Assembly (NCBI GenBank): GCA_963777115.1
Contig: CAVZPP010000002.1
Span: 456,349 to 520,348, forward strand
Direction of reading: 5' to 3'
From: an uncultured Bacteroidaceae bacterium
Lineage (GTDB): Bacteria > Bacteroidota > Bacteroidia > Bacteroidales > SM23-62
Length of the DNA: 64,000 nucleotides
This document shows, in pieces, positions 44,334 to 54,164 of the stretch; within the stretch, counting starts at the first letter, position 1, and every line of letters starts with the position of its first letter. A program made the position numbers and the translations under genes. Below the pieces are notes generated by a model. That model had not been told where the DNA came from and did no database searches. It saw only the letters and a program-made list of their open reading frames with translations.

Positions 44334-45566
44334 CTAGAAAAAGTAGAAGGCTGAGAGCATCGTCCTGAAGTTTCCGACGGGTATTGCATTATCAACCCCG
44401 GCCGTACGATTGATCGTTCCGAATGCTGCCACGGTATATTCCACTTCTATTCCGAATCTCATTTTTCCTACATTGTAATTCAGCCTGGGAGATATTCGGT
44501 ATGCAAAATCAATATCACCACGGCTGCCGGCAACACCGCCCACGGATATATCCTGTCCAGCGCCAAGATTTTTGGAGTAACCGGCAAATAATCCCGGTTG
44601 CCAGGTTGGGTTGTTGGAATGAATTTCAAACCATCCGGCTGCATTGGCAGTTGGGGTATAATAGGCTATCCCTGTGGCACCGTCGACAGAGGTAGTAGCA
44701 TAACTGCCGAGCATAATGACATCATAATTATTCTGTCCATAAGCCCCTTCCGCTTTTATGGTTATTTTCCTGAAAGTCAGCTTTCCATATAATTGAGCTG
44801 CTAAACCTGTCACACCTTCGCTGGTTTTGTATCCAAGGTCTGTTTCGATGAGGGGGATGATTCGTTTAATCCCTGCACCACCACCTAATAGAAGTCCCAC
44901 TACCTCTTCAGACGCAGGTTTGTTATACCAGGCCTGAAGATGAAGTTCAGGCAGACCTGAATTACGTAATCCTGCAATACCGGCTGCGGTATAAAAATCA
45001 GCATGGGCCAGTGCGGTAACAGAAAACTTAATGGCTCCGAGATTCTTGGTGAGCCTTATCTGAGGATTACGGGAAAAGGGAGTGAATGGTGCCCCGGTAT
45101 TAAAGTTGTTTACTGCCGGGAAACAGGAGGTGATAAACATAGGATGCCAGGTTTGTCCGATAATAAGTTCGGTAGTTTCCCAGTTCATTTTGAAAAAGGC
45201 ATGACGGAGGCGAAATTCATTCAGGTCCAGGTTGCTGTGTCCGAAGAAAGATCCTTCAATAACTGCAGATGTTTTTGCACCTAAGGCATCCGGTCCGCTT
45301 ATTGTACCACGAACCCGGGTTCGTATGGAGAGCAAATTAAAATTGTATTTTGCATTAATGTCATCCCCGTTTGGATCCAGTTTTTCAGGTGCGGGCCACA
45401 GTAGAAAATGTCCCTGCCTGGCGCAAACCACCTGTCTGCTGTCTACAAAATAATCGGTATTGACAAAGCCTGATAATTTAATTCCCCATTTTGGCTCTTC
45501 AGATTCCTGGGCCATGCTAAGACTACATGCAAGAAGAGAGGCCAGGAAGAATACGACTTTTTTCAT
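44334..45566 (-). CDS. outer-membrane beta-barrel porin-like protein
   Basis: 410 aa. Signal peptide (LASLLACSLSMAQE), alternating beta-strand pattern throughout, aromatic C-terminus (...AFYFF). Confidence 0.55.
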   Translation of the reverse strand: MKKVVFFLASLLACSLSMAQESEEPKWGIKLSGFVNTDYFVDSRQVVCARQGHFLLWPAPEKLDPNGDDINAKYNFNLLSIRTRVRGTISGPDALGAKTSAVIEGSFFGHSNLDLNEFRLRHAFFKMNWETTELIIGQTWHPMFITSCFPAVNNFNTGAPFTPFSRNPQIRLTKNLGAIKFSVTALAHADFYTAAGIAGLRNSGLPELHLQAWYNKPASEEVVGLLLGGGAGIKRIIPLIETDLGYKTSEGVTGLAAQLYGKLTFRKITIKAEGAYGQNNYDVIMLGSYATTSVDGATGIAYYTPTANAAGWFEIHSNNPTWQPGLFAGYSKNLGAGQDISVGGVAGSRGDIDFAYRISPRLNYNVGKMRFGIEVEYTVAAFGTINRTAGVDNAIPVGNFRTMLSAFYFF

Positions 45567-45662
45567 TGGTTAAATTAGTTTACGTTGGTTTATTACTGTG
45601 TTATTCTAGTGTGTTGATTGGTCAGATATTTAGTTTTGTTGCTTTATTGCAGGGTTAATGAT

Positions 45663-46433
45663 TTAATCTTTTGGTTTAGGGAACATCTTCTGAATAAATG
45701 TCCGTTTTGTTAAGGGTCTTCCTAAAAGGATATTCAGATTATTTTCTGCCGTCAGGTTTTCTTCCCAGAGCTTAATGGCTTTTTCATAATGGGCTGCAGC
45801 GGACTGGTAATCCTCCTTGTAGCGGTAAATAATTCCCAGGTTGGTATAGCTTACTGAAAGCCTCCTGGGCGCTTCTTCCAGAGAGGCCAGGATTTCTGCA
45901 ACACGATTTTCAAAAAAAAGGTTTATCTCTTTTTGTGAATACCCCTCAAGTCCCTCTGCGAAGGATTCCTTTATCTCCTCCCTGATCTCTGCTTCGGTTT
46001 TGCCGGAATACAATCCGGTCCATTTTTCATAAATAGATATGCTGTTACGTACTGCAGATTCTCCAAGGATCATAAGTGAATCCAGTCCCATGGCATGAAA
46101 TGAAGTATTGATGCTGTCATAGGTCAGTCCAATTGTAATATATACCGCAGCCCGGTTGTTTTCCAGTACACCTGTTTCAAAAGACCCATAGTAGTGTGGA
46201 AACTGCTTATAAATGTTTTTGATCGAATCCAGCAATCCTATGACAGCTTCATAGTCAGAATTTACAGCCAGGGAGTTATATGTCTCATAGAGTTCACGGG
46301 CGGGAACAATTCTTGGATCTACAGAAGTGTTTTTACTCTTGTAGTATCGCTGAGCGATCAAAATTGTAATAACAACAAGAGCCATCATCACGAAGATGAG
46401 GGCTCTTAATGGTTTGCCTTTAGCGGTACTCAT
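45663..46433 (-). CDS. membrane-anchored TPR-like protein, unknown function
   Basis: 256 aa. One N-terminal TM helix (ALIFVMMALVVITILIA). TPR-like helices near the C-terminus (YQSAAAHYEKAIKLWEENL). Start overlaps the symporter stop by 4 nt. Confidence 0.45.
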   Translation of the reverse strand: MSTAKGKPLRALIFVMMALVVITILIAQRYYKSKNTSVDPRIVPARELYETYNSLAVNSDYEAVIGLLDSIKNIYKQFPHYYGSFETGVLENNRAAVYITIGLTYDSINTSFHAMGLDSLMILGESAVRNSISIYEKWTGLYSGKTEAEIREEIKESFAEGLEGYSQKEINLFFENRVAEILASLEEAPRRLSVSYTNLGIIYRYKEDYQSAAAHYEKAIKLWEENLTAENNLNILLGRPLTKRTFIQKMFPKPKD

Positions 46434-48103
46434 TGTGAGTGAACTTTTTCAATCAGGAATTTTCTGATTTCAATGGGTGTTTCAGGTGTCATCCTGGCAA
46501 CAATAATATGCACAATAATCGCTAGTGGGGCTCCAATGATTCCAAAATACCATGCTCCCAGCCAGTATGAAATGAATTCATGAGCAGGCAGGGTGGCTCC
46601 TATTTTACCTGCAATGAAATAGGTCAGGGCAATCAGGGAAACTGATCCCCCTGCTATTAGTCCCGCTATGGCTCCCTCCTTGTTGGAGCCACTCCACCAG
46701 ATACCCAGGAGAAATAAGGGGAATATGGTACATCCCGCAAGGGAGAATGCAACTGCGACAAGCTGTCCGATAAGCGCCAGTTTTGCCAGTGCAATTGCAG
46801 TTACGATAGCTGCCATGAGTATGGTTCCCAATCTTGCAAACATCAATTGTTTTTTTGGAGATGCGTCCGGGTTAATGGTTTTAACATAGATGTCATGGGC
46901 AAAGGCAGAGGCACCTGCTACCAGGAGTCCGGATACCGTCGAGAAAGCTGCACTGACACCACCGGCTGCCAGGAGTCCCACAATTAGAGGGTGTACATTA
47001 CCCAGCTGTGCTGTATATACAACAATAGCATCTTTGGCCAGGCGTCCGACTTCCGGGTTTGCTGATAAAACTTTTCCCATAGCGGCATAGGCCGGTGCAC
47101 TCCAGTAGAGGATGCAGATGAAGAACAGACCCCATACAACTGACCATCTTGCATCACTTGATTTAGGAACCACATAAAAGCGTTGAATCACATGCGGAAG
47201 TCCGGCTGTCCCTACCATCAGTGAGAAAGAAATACCTATCCACTGATAAAAGGTTTGTCCGGTTGCCGGATCCCAGGGCATAGCATATTCAGGTGCAGGG
47301 ACCATGGCAAATTCATGTCCAAGGGAATTTACAAGCTGATTGGTTTCTGCAAGTGGGATACCTGTAACGATATCCGAAACTACCGCACCGTATCCTACCT
47401 GTGGTAATAGCCAGAAATAATCGAACTTAAATGTAAGAATGAACAGGGGGATAAGGAAGGAGATAATAATAATAACGTACTGGATCTGCATGTTTTTAGT
47501 TACACCCAACATCCCTGATATCAGGGTATAGGCAAGTACAACAGTTCCCCCGATCACAACCGACCAACCGTATGGGATTCCCATGACCCATTTAAACATC
47601 AGTCCTATTCCTCCAAATTGTCCAACACAATAAGATATTGAGATCAGGATTGCGATAACCGCGCCAATTGCTCGAAGGGACTGGGAATAATACCTGTCCC
47701 CAATAAAATCGGCTGCTGTATACTTTCCATATTTTCGTATCTGTCCGGCCATCAGAATCAGGAGGAGAACATATCCACCGGTCCATCCCACAACATAGGC
47801 CAGTCCATGGTACCCTGATCCATACATCAGGGCTGCCATACCCAGAAATGAGGCGGCACTCATCCAGTTTGAGGCTATGGCCATTCCGGAACCAACCCTG
47901 GATATTCCGCGGCCGGCGGCGTAGAAATCTGTGGTGTCCTTTGCACGAAATGCTATTCCAACAAGCACAAAGAGTATGAGTATAGTGATTAATATTATCG
48001 ATGGACCGACTTTAAAGCCACCTTCAAGTTCTGTAGCACCGGTTGCAGCCGAAAGGAGGGCCGGGAAAAGAAGAAATGTGATGGGGAGAAGTATTTTTTT
48101 CAT
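46430..48103 (-). CDS. sodium:solute symporter family (SSF) large subunit
   Basis: The ORF track extends to 48283, but the first 60 codons are non-protein-like. MKKILLPITF... at 48103 is the likely start. About 13 TM helices. FYAAGRGIS...GMAIASNWMSAASFLG signature of SSF (ActP/VC_2705-like) carriers. Confidence 0.85.
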   Translation of the reverse strand: MKKILLPITFLLFPALLSAATGATELEGGFKVGPSIILITILILFVLVGIAFRAKDTTDFYAAGRGISRVGSGMAIASNWMSAASFLGMAALMYGSGYHGLAYVVGWTGGYVLLLILMAGQIRKYGKYTAADFIGDRYYSQSLRAIGAVIAILISISYCVGQFGGIGLMFKWVMGIPYGWSVVIGGTVVLAYTLISGMLGVTKNMQIQYVIIIISFLIPLFILTFKFDYFWLLPQVGYGAVVSDIVTGIPLAETNQLVNSLGHEFAMVPAPEYAMPWDPATGQTFYQWIGISFSLMVGTAGLPHVIQRFYVVPKSSDARWSVVWGLFFICILYWSAPAYAAMGKVLSANPEVGRLAKDAIVVYTAQLGNVHPLIVGLLAAGGVSAAFSTVSGLLVAGASAFAHDIYVKTINPDASPKKQLMFARLGTILMAAIVTAIALAKLALIGQLVAVAFSLAGCTIFPLFLLGIWWSGSNKEGAIAGLIAGGSVSLIALTYFIAGKIGATLPAHEFISYWLGAWYFGIIGAPLAIIVHIIVARMTPETPIEIRKFLIEKVHSQ

Positions 48104-48149
48104 TTTGGGGAATTTGAAAATTTGGAATTTTAAATCAGGAATGGATGAA

Positions 48150-48902
48150 TTAGTTTTCAATACCAAGGATTGTATCCCTGCGGTCTGCCCGGACACAATA
48201 CAACCAGCAGAGTCCAACGAAAAGGACAAGCAGGAAAATGGATGAATAGAAATAGTGGAAGGGAAATCCAAAAATCCTGCCATCGGTAAGGATGGACTGG
48301 TTATGGATCAGGTAACGCGACATGGCAGCTGGAATGACTGCTTTGCTGTCTGCACTGAGTTCATCCATCATTGAAGCATGCAATTCAATCGAGATCAGAG
48401 TTGTTCTGACATCCTGTTCCGACAGACCGAGGATGGATGCTGCATTGGATGCCAGTTCTTTCTTTGCTTTGACATAATCCGGATTTGTGATGTTTTCAAT
48501 TTCACCGGTAAGTTTCTCGAAATCAGCTACCTGCTGTTGTATCCTGATATCTGCTTCCGGACCGGCAAGGGTATAGAGGCTGTGGCTTAGTCCATTGTCA
48601 AGGGCCTGGCGATGGACCGGATCAATGAAGTTTTTGCCAAGTACTGAGAGTGAAACCCGGGAAAATCTTTGCAGAACCTCCTGATTTGTAGTACCGGAAA
48701 GTACCTGCTCCCATACCTGCTCAAATTCAAGGTAGGCAGGTTCAGGGGTTGGTTTTTCCAATACTCTTAATGCAATCTGGAAACCAAAAATAGCAACGGT
48801 CCATATACAAATAAGATACACCACAATGTTCCGGTTCAACCGGGCCATTTCAGTGGCTGGCTTAAAAAAGCTGATGTGATAGTCATTTGGTTGGGAGTCC
48901 AT
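48150..48902 (-). CDS. solute:sodium symporter small subunit (DUF4212-like) with a large insertion
   Basis: 250 aa. N-terminal TM helix (NRNIVVYLICIWTVAIFGF) and C-terminal FGFPFHYFYSSIFLLVLFVGLCWLYCVRADRRD resemble the two helices of DUF4212. About 170 soluble residues lie between them. Confidence 0.5.
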   Translation of the reverse strand: MDSQPNDYHISFFKPATEMARLNRNIVVYLICIWTVAIFGFQIALRVLEKPTPEPAYLEFEQVWEQVLSGTTNQEVLQRFSRVSLSVLGKNFIDPVHRQALDNGLSHSLYTLAGPEADIRIQQQVADFEKLTGEIENITNPDYVKAKKELASNAASILGLSEQDVRTTLISIELHASMMDELSADSKAVIPAAMSRYLIHNQSILTDGRIFGFPFHYFYSSIFLLVLFVGLCWLYCVRADRRDTILGIEN

Positions 48903-49011
48903 AGGAAATAGGGATTCGGGTGAGGTTTATTGATACAATTTAGTTGATTGATGCTAAATATATGCAATAAATTTGTTCCCCGGTACCCGGATGATGTGTT
49001 ATGTTCGAACT

Positions 49012-49029
49012 ATATTCAGTACTGAATAT
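49012..49029. repeat. perfect 18-bp palindrome, possible operator
   Basis: ATATTCAGTACTGAATAT, read directly. Preceded by an 8-bp palindrome GTTCGAAC at 49003-49010. About 110 nt upstream of the symporter operon start. Confidence 0.8.
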
Positions 49030-49120
49030 GGGAAATGTGTAACAGGATCAGACCGGGTCCGAAACGTATTTTGATATCAGGTCATAAAGAGTTAGACAGG
49101 AGCTTATTAGGGATGAGTTT

Positions 49121-49699
49121 TTAACGGTAAAAATTCATCTCATCCAGGTATTTCCATACAGCTGGTGGTAGAAAATGACTGACATTCTTTCCTTCGGCGA
49201 TTGATTTCCGGATGAAACTGGAAGATATCTCAATAGCAGGGGCATCTACAATTTCCAGGTTTTCCTGACCTGATGCATTCACTGGTTCCCCGGGCCTGGG
49301 ATAGACGTAGCGTTGATAGTTCTTCTGGATCTCAGAAGCATTTTTCCATTTAGGAAAGAATGGCAAACCATCGCTCCCCATAATGATGGCGAACTCGTAT
49401 TCCGGATGTTTTTCTGATAACCATGCAAGGGTATCAATGGTGTAGGAGGGAGTAGGCATTTTAAACTCAATATCGGATACTCTGAACCTTTCATCCCCGG
49501 AGATTGCAAGTTCAACTAACTCAAGTCGGTGGTAGTCAGCCAGCAGGGTTTTTCTTTCCTTGAATGGATTATGGGGACTGATCACAAACCATAGCTGGTT
49601 CATATCCGTGAATTCTATCATGTAATTGGCAATAGCCATATGGCCAATGTGGACCGGGTTGAAACTGCCAAAGTATAATCCAACTTTCATATGCTTCAT
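49121..49699 (-). CDS. nadD: nicotinate-nucleotide adenylyltransferase
   Basis: 192 aa. GLYFGSFNPVHIGH (HxGH) and ISSSFIR (SxxxxR) motifs. Confidence 0.9.
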   Translation of the reverse strand: MKHMKVGLYFGSFNPVHIGHMAIANYMIEFTDMNQLWFVISPHNPFKERKTLLADYHRLELVELAISGDERFRVSDIEFKMPTPSYTIDTLAWLSEKHPEYEFAIIMGSDGLPFFPKWKNASEIQKNYQRYVYPRPGEPVNASGQENLEIVDAPAIEISSSFIRKSIAEGKNVSHFLPPAVWKYLDEMNFYR

Positions 49700-49735
49700 T
49701 CGTGACTTTCGGTAATCATGCGCGACACTCTGGCA

Positions 49736-50305
49736 TCAGTCTGATTCCAGGAATTTTGTAACTGTTAATTCTGCTTCTGCCAGTGCTTTTTCAAGCTTAT
49801 CATTAATAATGATTTTGTCAAATTTATCGGCATATTCTAACTCCGAGGAGGCCTTTGCAATACGGCCAAGGATCTTGTCTTCCGGGTCGGTGGACCTATC
49901 CTTCAGTCTGTTTTCCAGTATTTCAAGGGAAGGTGCTTGCACAAATATTGCCAGGGCATTTTCACCAAATACCTTTTTTAAGTTGAGCCCTCCAACCACA
50001 TCCACATCAAAAACAACATGTTTCCCGGCATTCCATATCCTCTCAAGCTCTGTTTTCAGGGTACCATAAAAATGATTTTCATAAACTTCTTCCCATTCAA
50101 CAAAATCACCCTTGTCAATTCCTGTTTTGAATTCTTCCACGCTGAGAAAAAAATAATCCCTGCCATGAATCTCATTTTTACGAGGTCCCCGACTGCAGGC
50201 TGATACAGAAAATTCAAGCTTAAGATCCTTCTGTAACAAATGTCTTACAATGGTGGTTTTACCTGATCCGGAGGGAGCTGAGAATATAATGGCCTTACCG
50301 TTCAT
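49736..50305 (-). CDS. gmk: guanylate kinase
   Basis: 189 aa. P-loop SAPSGSGKTT and the RGPRKNEIHGRDYFF GMP-binding segment. Confidence 0.9.
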   Translation of the reverse strand: MNGKAIIFSAPSGSGKTTIVRHLLQKDLKLEFSVSACSRGPRKNEIHGRDYFFLSVEEFKTGIDKGDFVEWEEVYENHFYGTLKTELERIWNAGKHVVFDVDVVGGLNLKKVFGENALAIFVQAPSLEILENRLKDRSTDPEDKILGRIAKASSELEYADKFDKIIINDKLEKALAEAELTVTKFLESD

Positions 50306-50329
50306 TACAGGGATTTATAAAGGATGGAT

Positions 50330-51205
50330 TTAAATAACATTCAGTAATTGTTCCTTGATTTTTTCCAGGTCGTCCTTCATTTCTACAACCAGGTGCTGAA
50401 TATCAGAATCTGCAGCTTTGGAGCCAATGGTATTAATTTCCCTTCCCATTTCCTGGGAGATAAATGCTAATTTCTTTCCTGCTGAGGGATTGTTTTTTAC
50501 AGTCTCCATGAAGAATTTGCAATGGTTTCTTAACCTGACCTTTTCTTCGGTAATATCCATTTTTTCAAAGTAAAATATCATCTCCTGCTCAAGTCGGTTA
50601 TTGTCGGCCTGGACATCTTGAATTATATCTTCAAGTCCGGCAGATATCCTTTTTCGAATACGTGGTATACGTTCTTCTTCAAAAGGTTCGATCTGAGTCA
50701 GTCTACCCATAATGGAATGTACTCTGAGGCTGATATCTTCCTCAAGTGCCTGACCTTCCTGCTCTCGGAAAGAAACCAGTTCATCGAGGGCTGATTGGAT
50801 GGACTTTTTAATTTTTTTCCAGTCTTCTTCTTCCAGTTCCTCTTTTACAGATCTCATTGCATCAGGAAGCCGCATGGCAACCTGGAGAATACGTTCTGTT
50901 TCCTGCATGCCAGATTCTCCGGCAATATTCTGTAGTTGCCGGATATACTCTTTGACAACCTGTTGGTTAATTGAATACCCTGTAGCACCTTCTTTAATTT
51001 CCTGATAAATGCCGAGTTCAACCTTACCCCGCTGTAGCGCATTATTAAGCATATTGCGGATTTCAGATTCATGTTCTTTAAGTGGAACAGGAAGTTTTAT
51101 AGAAGTATCCAGTTGTTTGCTGTTAAGAGATTTGATCTCAATGGAATAGATCACATTGGTAAGATCACATTCCGCACGGCCGTAGCCAGTCATTGATATA
51201 AGCAT
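50330..51205 (-). CDS. yicC: YicC-family stress-induced protein
   Basis: 291 aa. MLISMTGYGRA N-terminus and the C-terminal EMGREINTIGSKA motif. Confidence 0.85.
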   Translation of the reverse strand: MLISMTGYGRAECDLTNVIYSIEIKSLNSKQLDTSIKLPVPLKEHESEIRNMLNNALQRGKVELGIYQEIKEGATGYSINQQVVKEYIRQLQNIAGESGMQETERILQVAMRLPDAMRSVKEELEEEDWKKIKKSIQSALDELVSFREQEGQALEEDISLRVHSIMGRLTQIEPFEEERIPRIRKRISAGLEDIIQDVQADNNRLEQEMIFYFEKMDITEEKVRLRNHCKFFMETVKNNPSAGKKLAFISQEMGREINTIGSKAADSDIQHLVVEMKDDLEKIKEQLLNVI

Positions 51206-51224
51206 GTAGCAAATTTAAGATAAA

Positions 51225-52568
51225 TCAGGAAATCGGTTGTTTAACGACTCCCTTCTTTTTCCATCTTCCGGTCAGGTAGTATCCAAAAGACAGAATTAAT
51301 CCAACACCCCATCCTGCAGGCTGGGACCACCAGATGCCTTCTTCTCCAAGGATTTTGGAAAAGTATAAGGCAAAAGGAACCCGAATTACCCAGAGTGAAA
51401 ACAAGGTAATAAACATGGGAATAATTGTGTCACCTGCACCTCTTAGCACACCATTGATCTTAAACATGACTGTAAAGAGCAGATAGAAAAGGCTGACTAT
51501 GAACAGGTATTCGGCCCCTATTCGGATGACCTCCGGGTCATCCGTAAACAGTCCCATGAGCTGGAATTTAAATAATACAACCACGCCTGTTACAGTAAGG
51601 GATATGGCAGCCGACATTAAAAGGGTAGCAATAAGTCCCCTGCGCACTCTTTCCTGCTTTCCTGCACCGATATTTTGTCCAACGAAGGTCGCAAGGGCTG
51701 CTGAGAAGTTCATGGCAGGCAATACGGCCAGGCTGTCGATCCGCAGTGCAGCTGAATAGCCGGCAATTATATTGGTGCCGAAAGTATTTACAATAGTCAT
51801 GATAGCCAGCATACCAATAGATACGAATGTATGCTGGAAACCAGTGGGGAGTCCAATTCTGATACTCTGACGGAAGATAGGGCGGTCAAACTTCCAGGTA
51901 GACAGGTTGAAGTCTATCAGTTTATGATTTCTATTCAGGTAAACCACCGCAGTAAGAAATGCCCCGGCCTGGGAAATAACGGTAGCGATTGCGGCCCCTG
52001 CAATACCCCACTTGAAAACCACGATAAAAAGAAGATCGAAACCAATATTAAAAAAGGTAGAGACCATCAGGAAATAAAGAGGAGTTTTTGAATCTCCAAG
52101 TCCCCTGAGAATAGCAGATGTTGCATTAAAACCAAACATGGCAATCAGACCTGAGAAGTATATCGACAGGTAAAGTGTTGCCTGGGGCATAAGTTCTTCA
52201 GGCAGTTTAATAAGCCTGAATATATCGTCTGTCAGGAATATCCCTACAAAAGTTAAAATCAGGGATGCTATGGTAAGAAAAATATAGAGGGTGTGAATGG
52301 TTTTCTTGACATTATCAAATTGCTTTGCTCCAAAATATTGTGCTATTACGATGGTACCGCCGGAGGCCACTCCGATGATCAGGGAGATCATAGTAAATAC
52401 TATTGGAAATGAGGCGCCTACTGCAGCCAAAGCCTCCTTGCCGAGAAAATTTCCGACGATGATTGTATCAACAATATTATAAAGCTGCTGGAAGAGGTTC
52501 CCCAGCAGCATGGGCATGGCAAAATTAAAGATCAGTCGGGCTTCATTGCCCTTGGTGAGATCCCTCAT
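51225..52568 (-). CDS. MATE-family efflux transporter
   Basis: 447 aa, 12 TM helices. PMLLGNLFQQLYNIVDTIIVGNFLGKEALAAVG N-terminal MatE signature. Confidence 0.85.
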   Translation of the reverse strand: MRDLTKGNEARLIFNFAMPMLLGNLFQQLYNIVDTIIVGNFLGKEALAAVGASFPIVFTMISLIIGVASGGTIVIAQYFGAKQFDNVKKTIHTLYIFLTIASLILTFVGIFLTDDIFRLIKLPEELMPQATLYLSIYFSGLIAMFGFNATSAILRGLGDSKTPLYFLMVSTFFNIGFDLLFIVVFKWGIAGAAIATVISQAGAFLTAVVYLNRNHKLIDFNLSTWKFDRPIFRQSIRIGLPTGFQHTFVSIGMLAIMTIVNTFGTNIIAGYSAALRIDSLAVLPAMNFSAALATFVGQNIGAGKQERVRRGLIATLLMSAAISLTVTGVVVLFKFQLMGLFTDDPEVIRIGAEYLFIVSLFYLLFTVMFKINGVLRGAGDTIIPMFITLFSLWVIRVPFALYFSKILGEEGIWWSQPAGWGVGLILSFGYYLTGRWKKKGVVKQPIS

Positions 52569-52642
52569 AAAAGCTTTCAGATCAAAGAGCCAAAGGTGAG
52601 CATTATTTGAGGAATCGCAAAAGGAGCAAAGTGAAATAGATG

Positions 52643-54016
52643 TTAAACTGGTGCAAGTTCAACGGTAAAGTGTCTCATGATTGGAGCTTCTTTTAATATC
52701 CGGTACCCGGATTTTATCTCTTTCCTGCGATTGAAAATGTTTTCCATCGCTGTAATCACAATGTCCATATGGTTATTTGTATAGACTCTTCTTGGAATAG
52801 CCAGTCTCACGTATTCTTTTTCCGGGAACCTGTTTTCGCGGGACTGGGGATCCCGGTCAGCCATGAGGGTTCCGATTTCGGCGGAACGGATTCCTGCTTC
52901 AAGATAGAGTTCCACTACAAGGGTCTGGGCAATGAATTCCTCAGGAGGTAAATTAGGCAGGAATTCGGTGGCATCAACATAAACAGCGTGACCTCCGGTC
53001 GGTTGCTGAACAGAAATCCCGGATTTGAGCAGACCGGTCGCCAGGTATTCTGTCTGCCTGATTCGGGTTTCCAGGTATTCAAAATCACAGGCTTCCCGAA
53101 GTCCACTGGCAAGCGCATTCATATCTCTGCCAGCCATTCCGCCATAAGTGATAAATCCTTCAAACATGATGTTATATGTGCATGCTTTTTCATATAATTC
53201 CACATCCCTGAAACCTATAAACCCACCAATGTTGACAATCCCGTCTTTTTTTGCACTCATGGTCATTGCGTCGGCATAGGAAAACATTTCCCGGACGATC
53301 TCCGGGATGGATTTGTCCCTGTATCCTTCCTCCCTTAATTTGATGAAGTAAGCGTTCTCCGCAAATCTGGCTGCATCAAAAACAAGAGGGATTGCATATT
53401 CATTTGCCAGTGCTTTAACTTCCCTCAAATTTTGCATGGAGACCGGTTGTCCTCCTGTTGTGTTGCAGGTCAGGGTAATGATAATGAAAGGGATATGGTC
53501 GCAGTATTTATCAAGGACGGATTTCAGGATTTCAGTATCCACATTCCCCTTAAAGGGGTGTATAAGTTTTGTATTGTAGGCTTCCCGAATTGTACAGTCC
53601 AGCGCCGTAGCCTGGCGGTACTCCACATGTCCCTTTGTAGTATCAAAATGGGCATTTCCGGGAACAATATCCCCCTTTTTTACAATCACGGAGAAAAGAA
53701 CATTTTCTGCAGCCCGACCCTGATGTACAGGAAGAAAATGTTCGAATCCGGTAACCTCCAGGATACTTTCCTTTAGTTTATAGTAAGAACTGGCCCCGGC
53801 ATAGGATTCATCACCAAGCATCATTTCTGACCATTGCGTCTGACTCATGGCACTTGTACCGGAATCAGTCAGAAGATCGATATATACCTGCCTGCTCTGA
53901 AGGTTGAAGATATTGTAGCGGGCATCTCTTATCCACTGCTCACGCTCTTCCAGGGTGCTGCGGTAGATTGGTTCGACCATTTTAATCTTGAAGGATTCTG
54001 CAAAGGGTAATTCCAC
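52643..54016 (-). CDS. tnaA: beta-eliminating lyase, tryptophanase-like (tyrosine phenol-lyase not excluded)
   Basis: 457 aa. FKIKMVEP...YIDLLTDSGTSAMS...HQGRAAEN...SAKKDG (PLP Lys). Confidence 0.7.
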   Translation of the reverse strand: MELPFAESFKIKMVEPIYRSTLEEREQWIRDARYNIFNLQSRQVYIDLLTDSGTSAMSQTQWSEMMLGDESYAGASSYYKLKESILEVTGFEHFLPVHQGRAAENVLFSVIVKKGDIVPGNAHFDTTKGHVEYRQATALDCTIREAYNTKLIHPFKGNVDTEILKSVLDKYCDHIPFIIITLTCNTTGGQPVSMQNLREVKALANEYAIPLVFDAARFAENAYFIKLREEGYRDKSIPEIVREMFSYADAMTMSAKKDGIVNIGGFIGFRDVELYEKACTYNIMFEGFITYGGMAGRDMNALASGLREACDFEYLETRIRQTEYLATGLLKSGISVQQPTGGHAVYVDATEFLPNLPPEEFIAQTLVVELYLEAGIRSAEIGTLMADRDPQSRENRFPEKEYVRLAIPRRVYTNNHMDIVITAMENIFNRRKEIKSGYRILKEAPIMRHFTVELAPV

Positions 54017-54063
54017 GGCTTAATAATGTATTTCAGGTAATCTTCCCGAAGAAGAATAAACAG

Positions 54064-54079
54064 GGTATATTAATATACC
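54064..54079. repeat. perfect 16-bp palindrome between the WD40 gene and tnaA
   Basis: GGTATATTAATATACC, read directly. 48 nt upstream of the tnaA start. Confidence 0.8.
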
Positions 54080-54164
54080 GGGTGTAAAATTAGGGACTGA
54101 TTCAGAAGGGGAGCATTGGGATCAGGATGTTTGTTAACATGTAGGTATATGCTATGAAACAGTC

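Noticed and set aside
48104-48283. 60-codon N-terminal extension of the symporter ORF, overlapping the upstream gene
   Set aside because: The extension (MAGFLDFPSTISIHPFSCLSF...) is not protein-like and overlaps the DUF4212-like gene. The internal MKKILLPITF start gives a normal SSF N-terminus.
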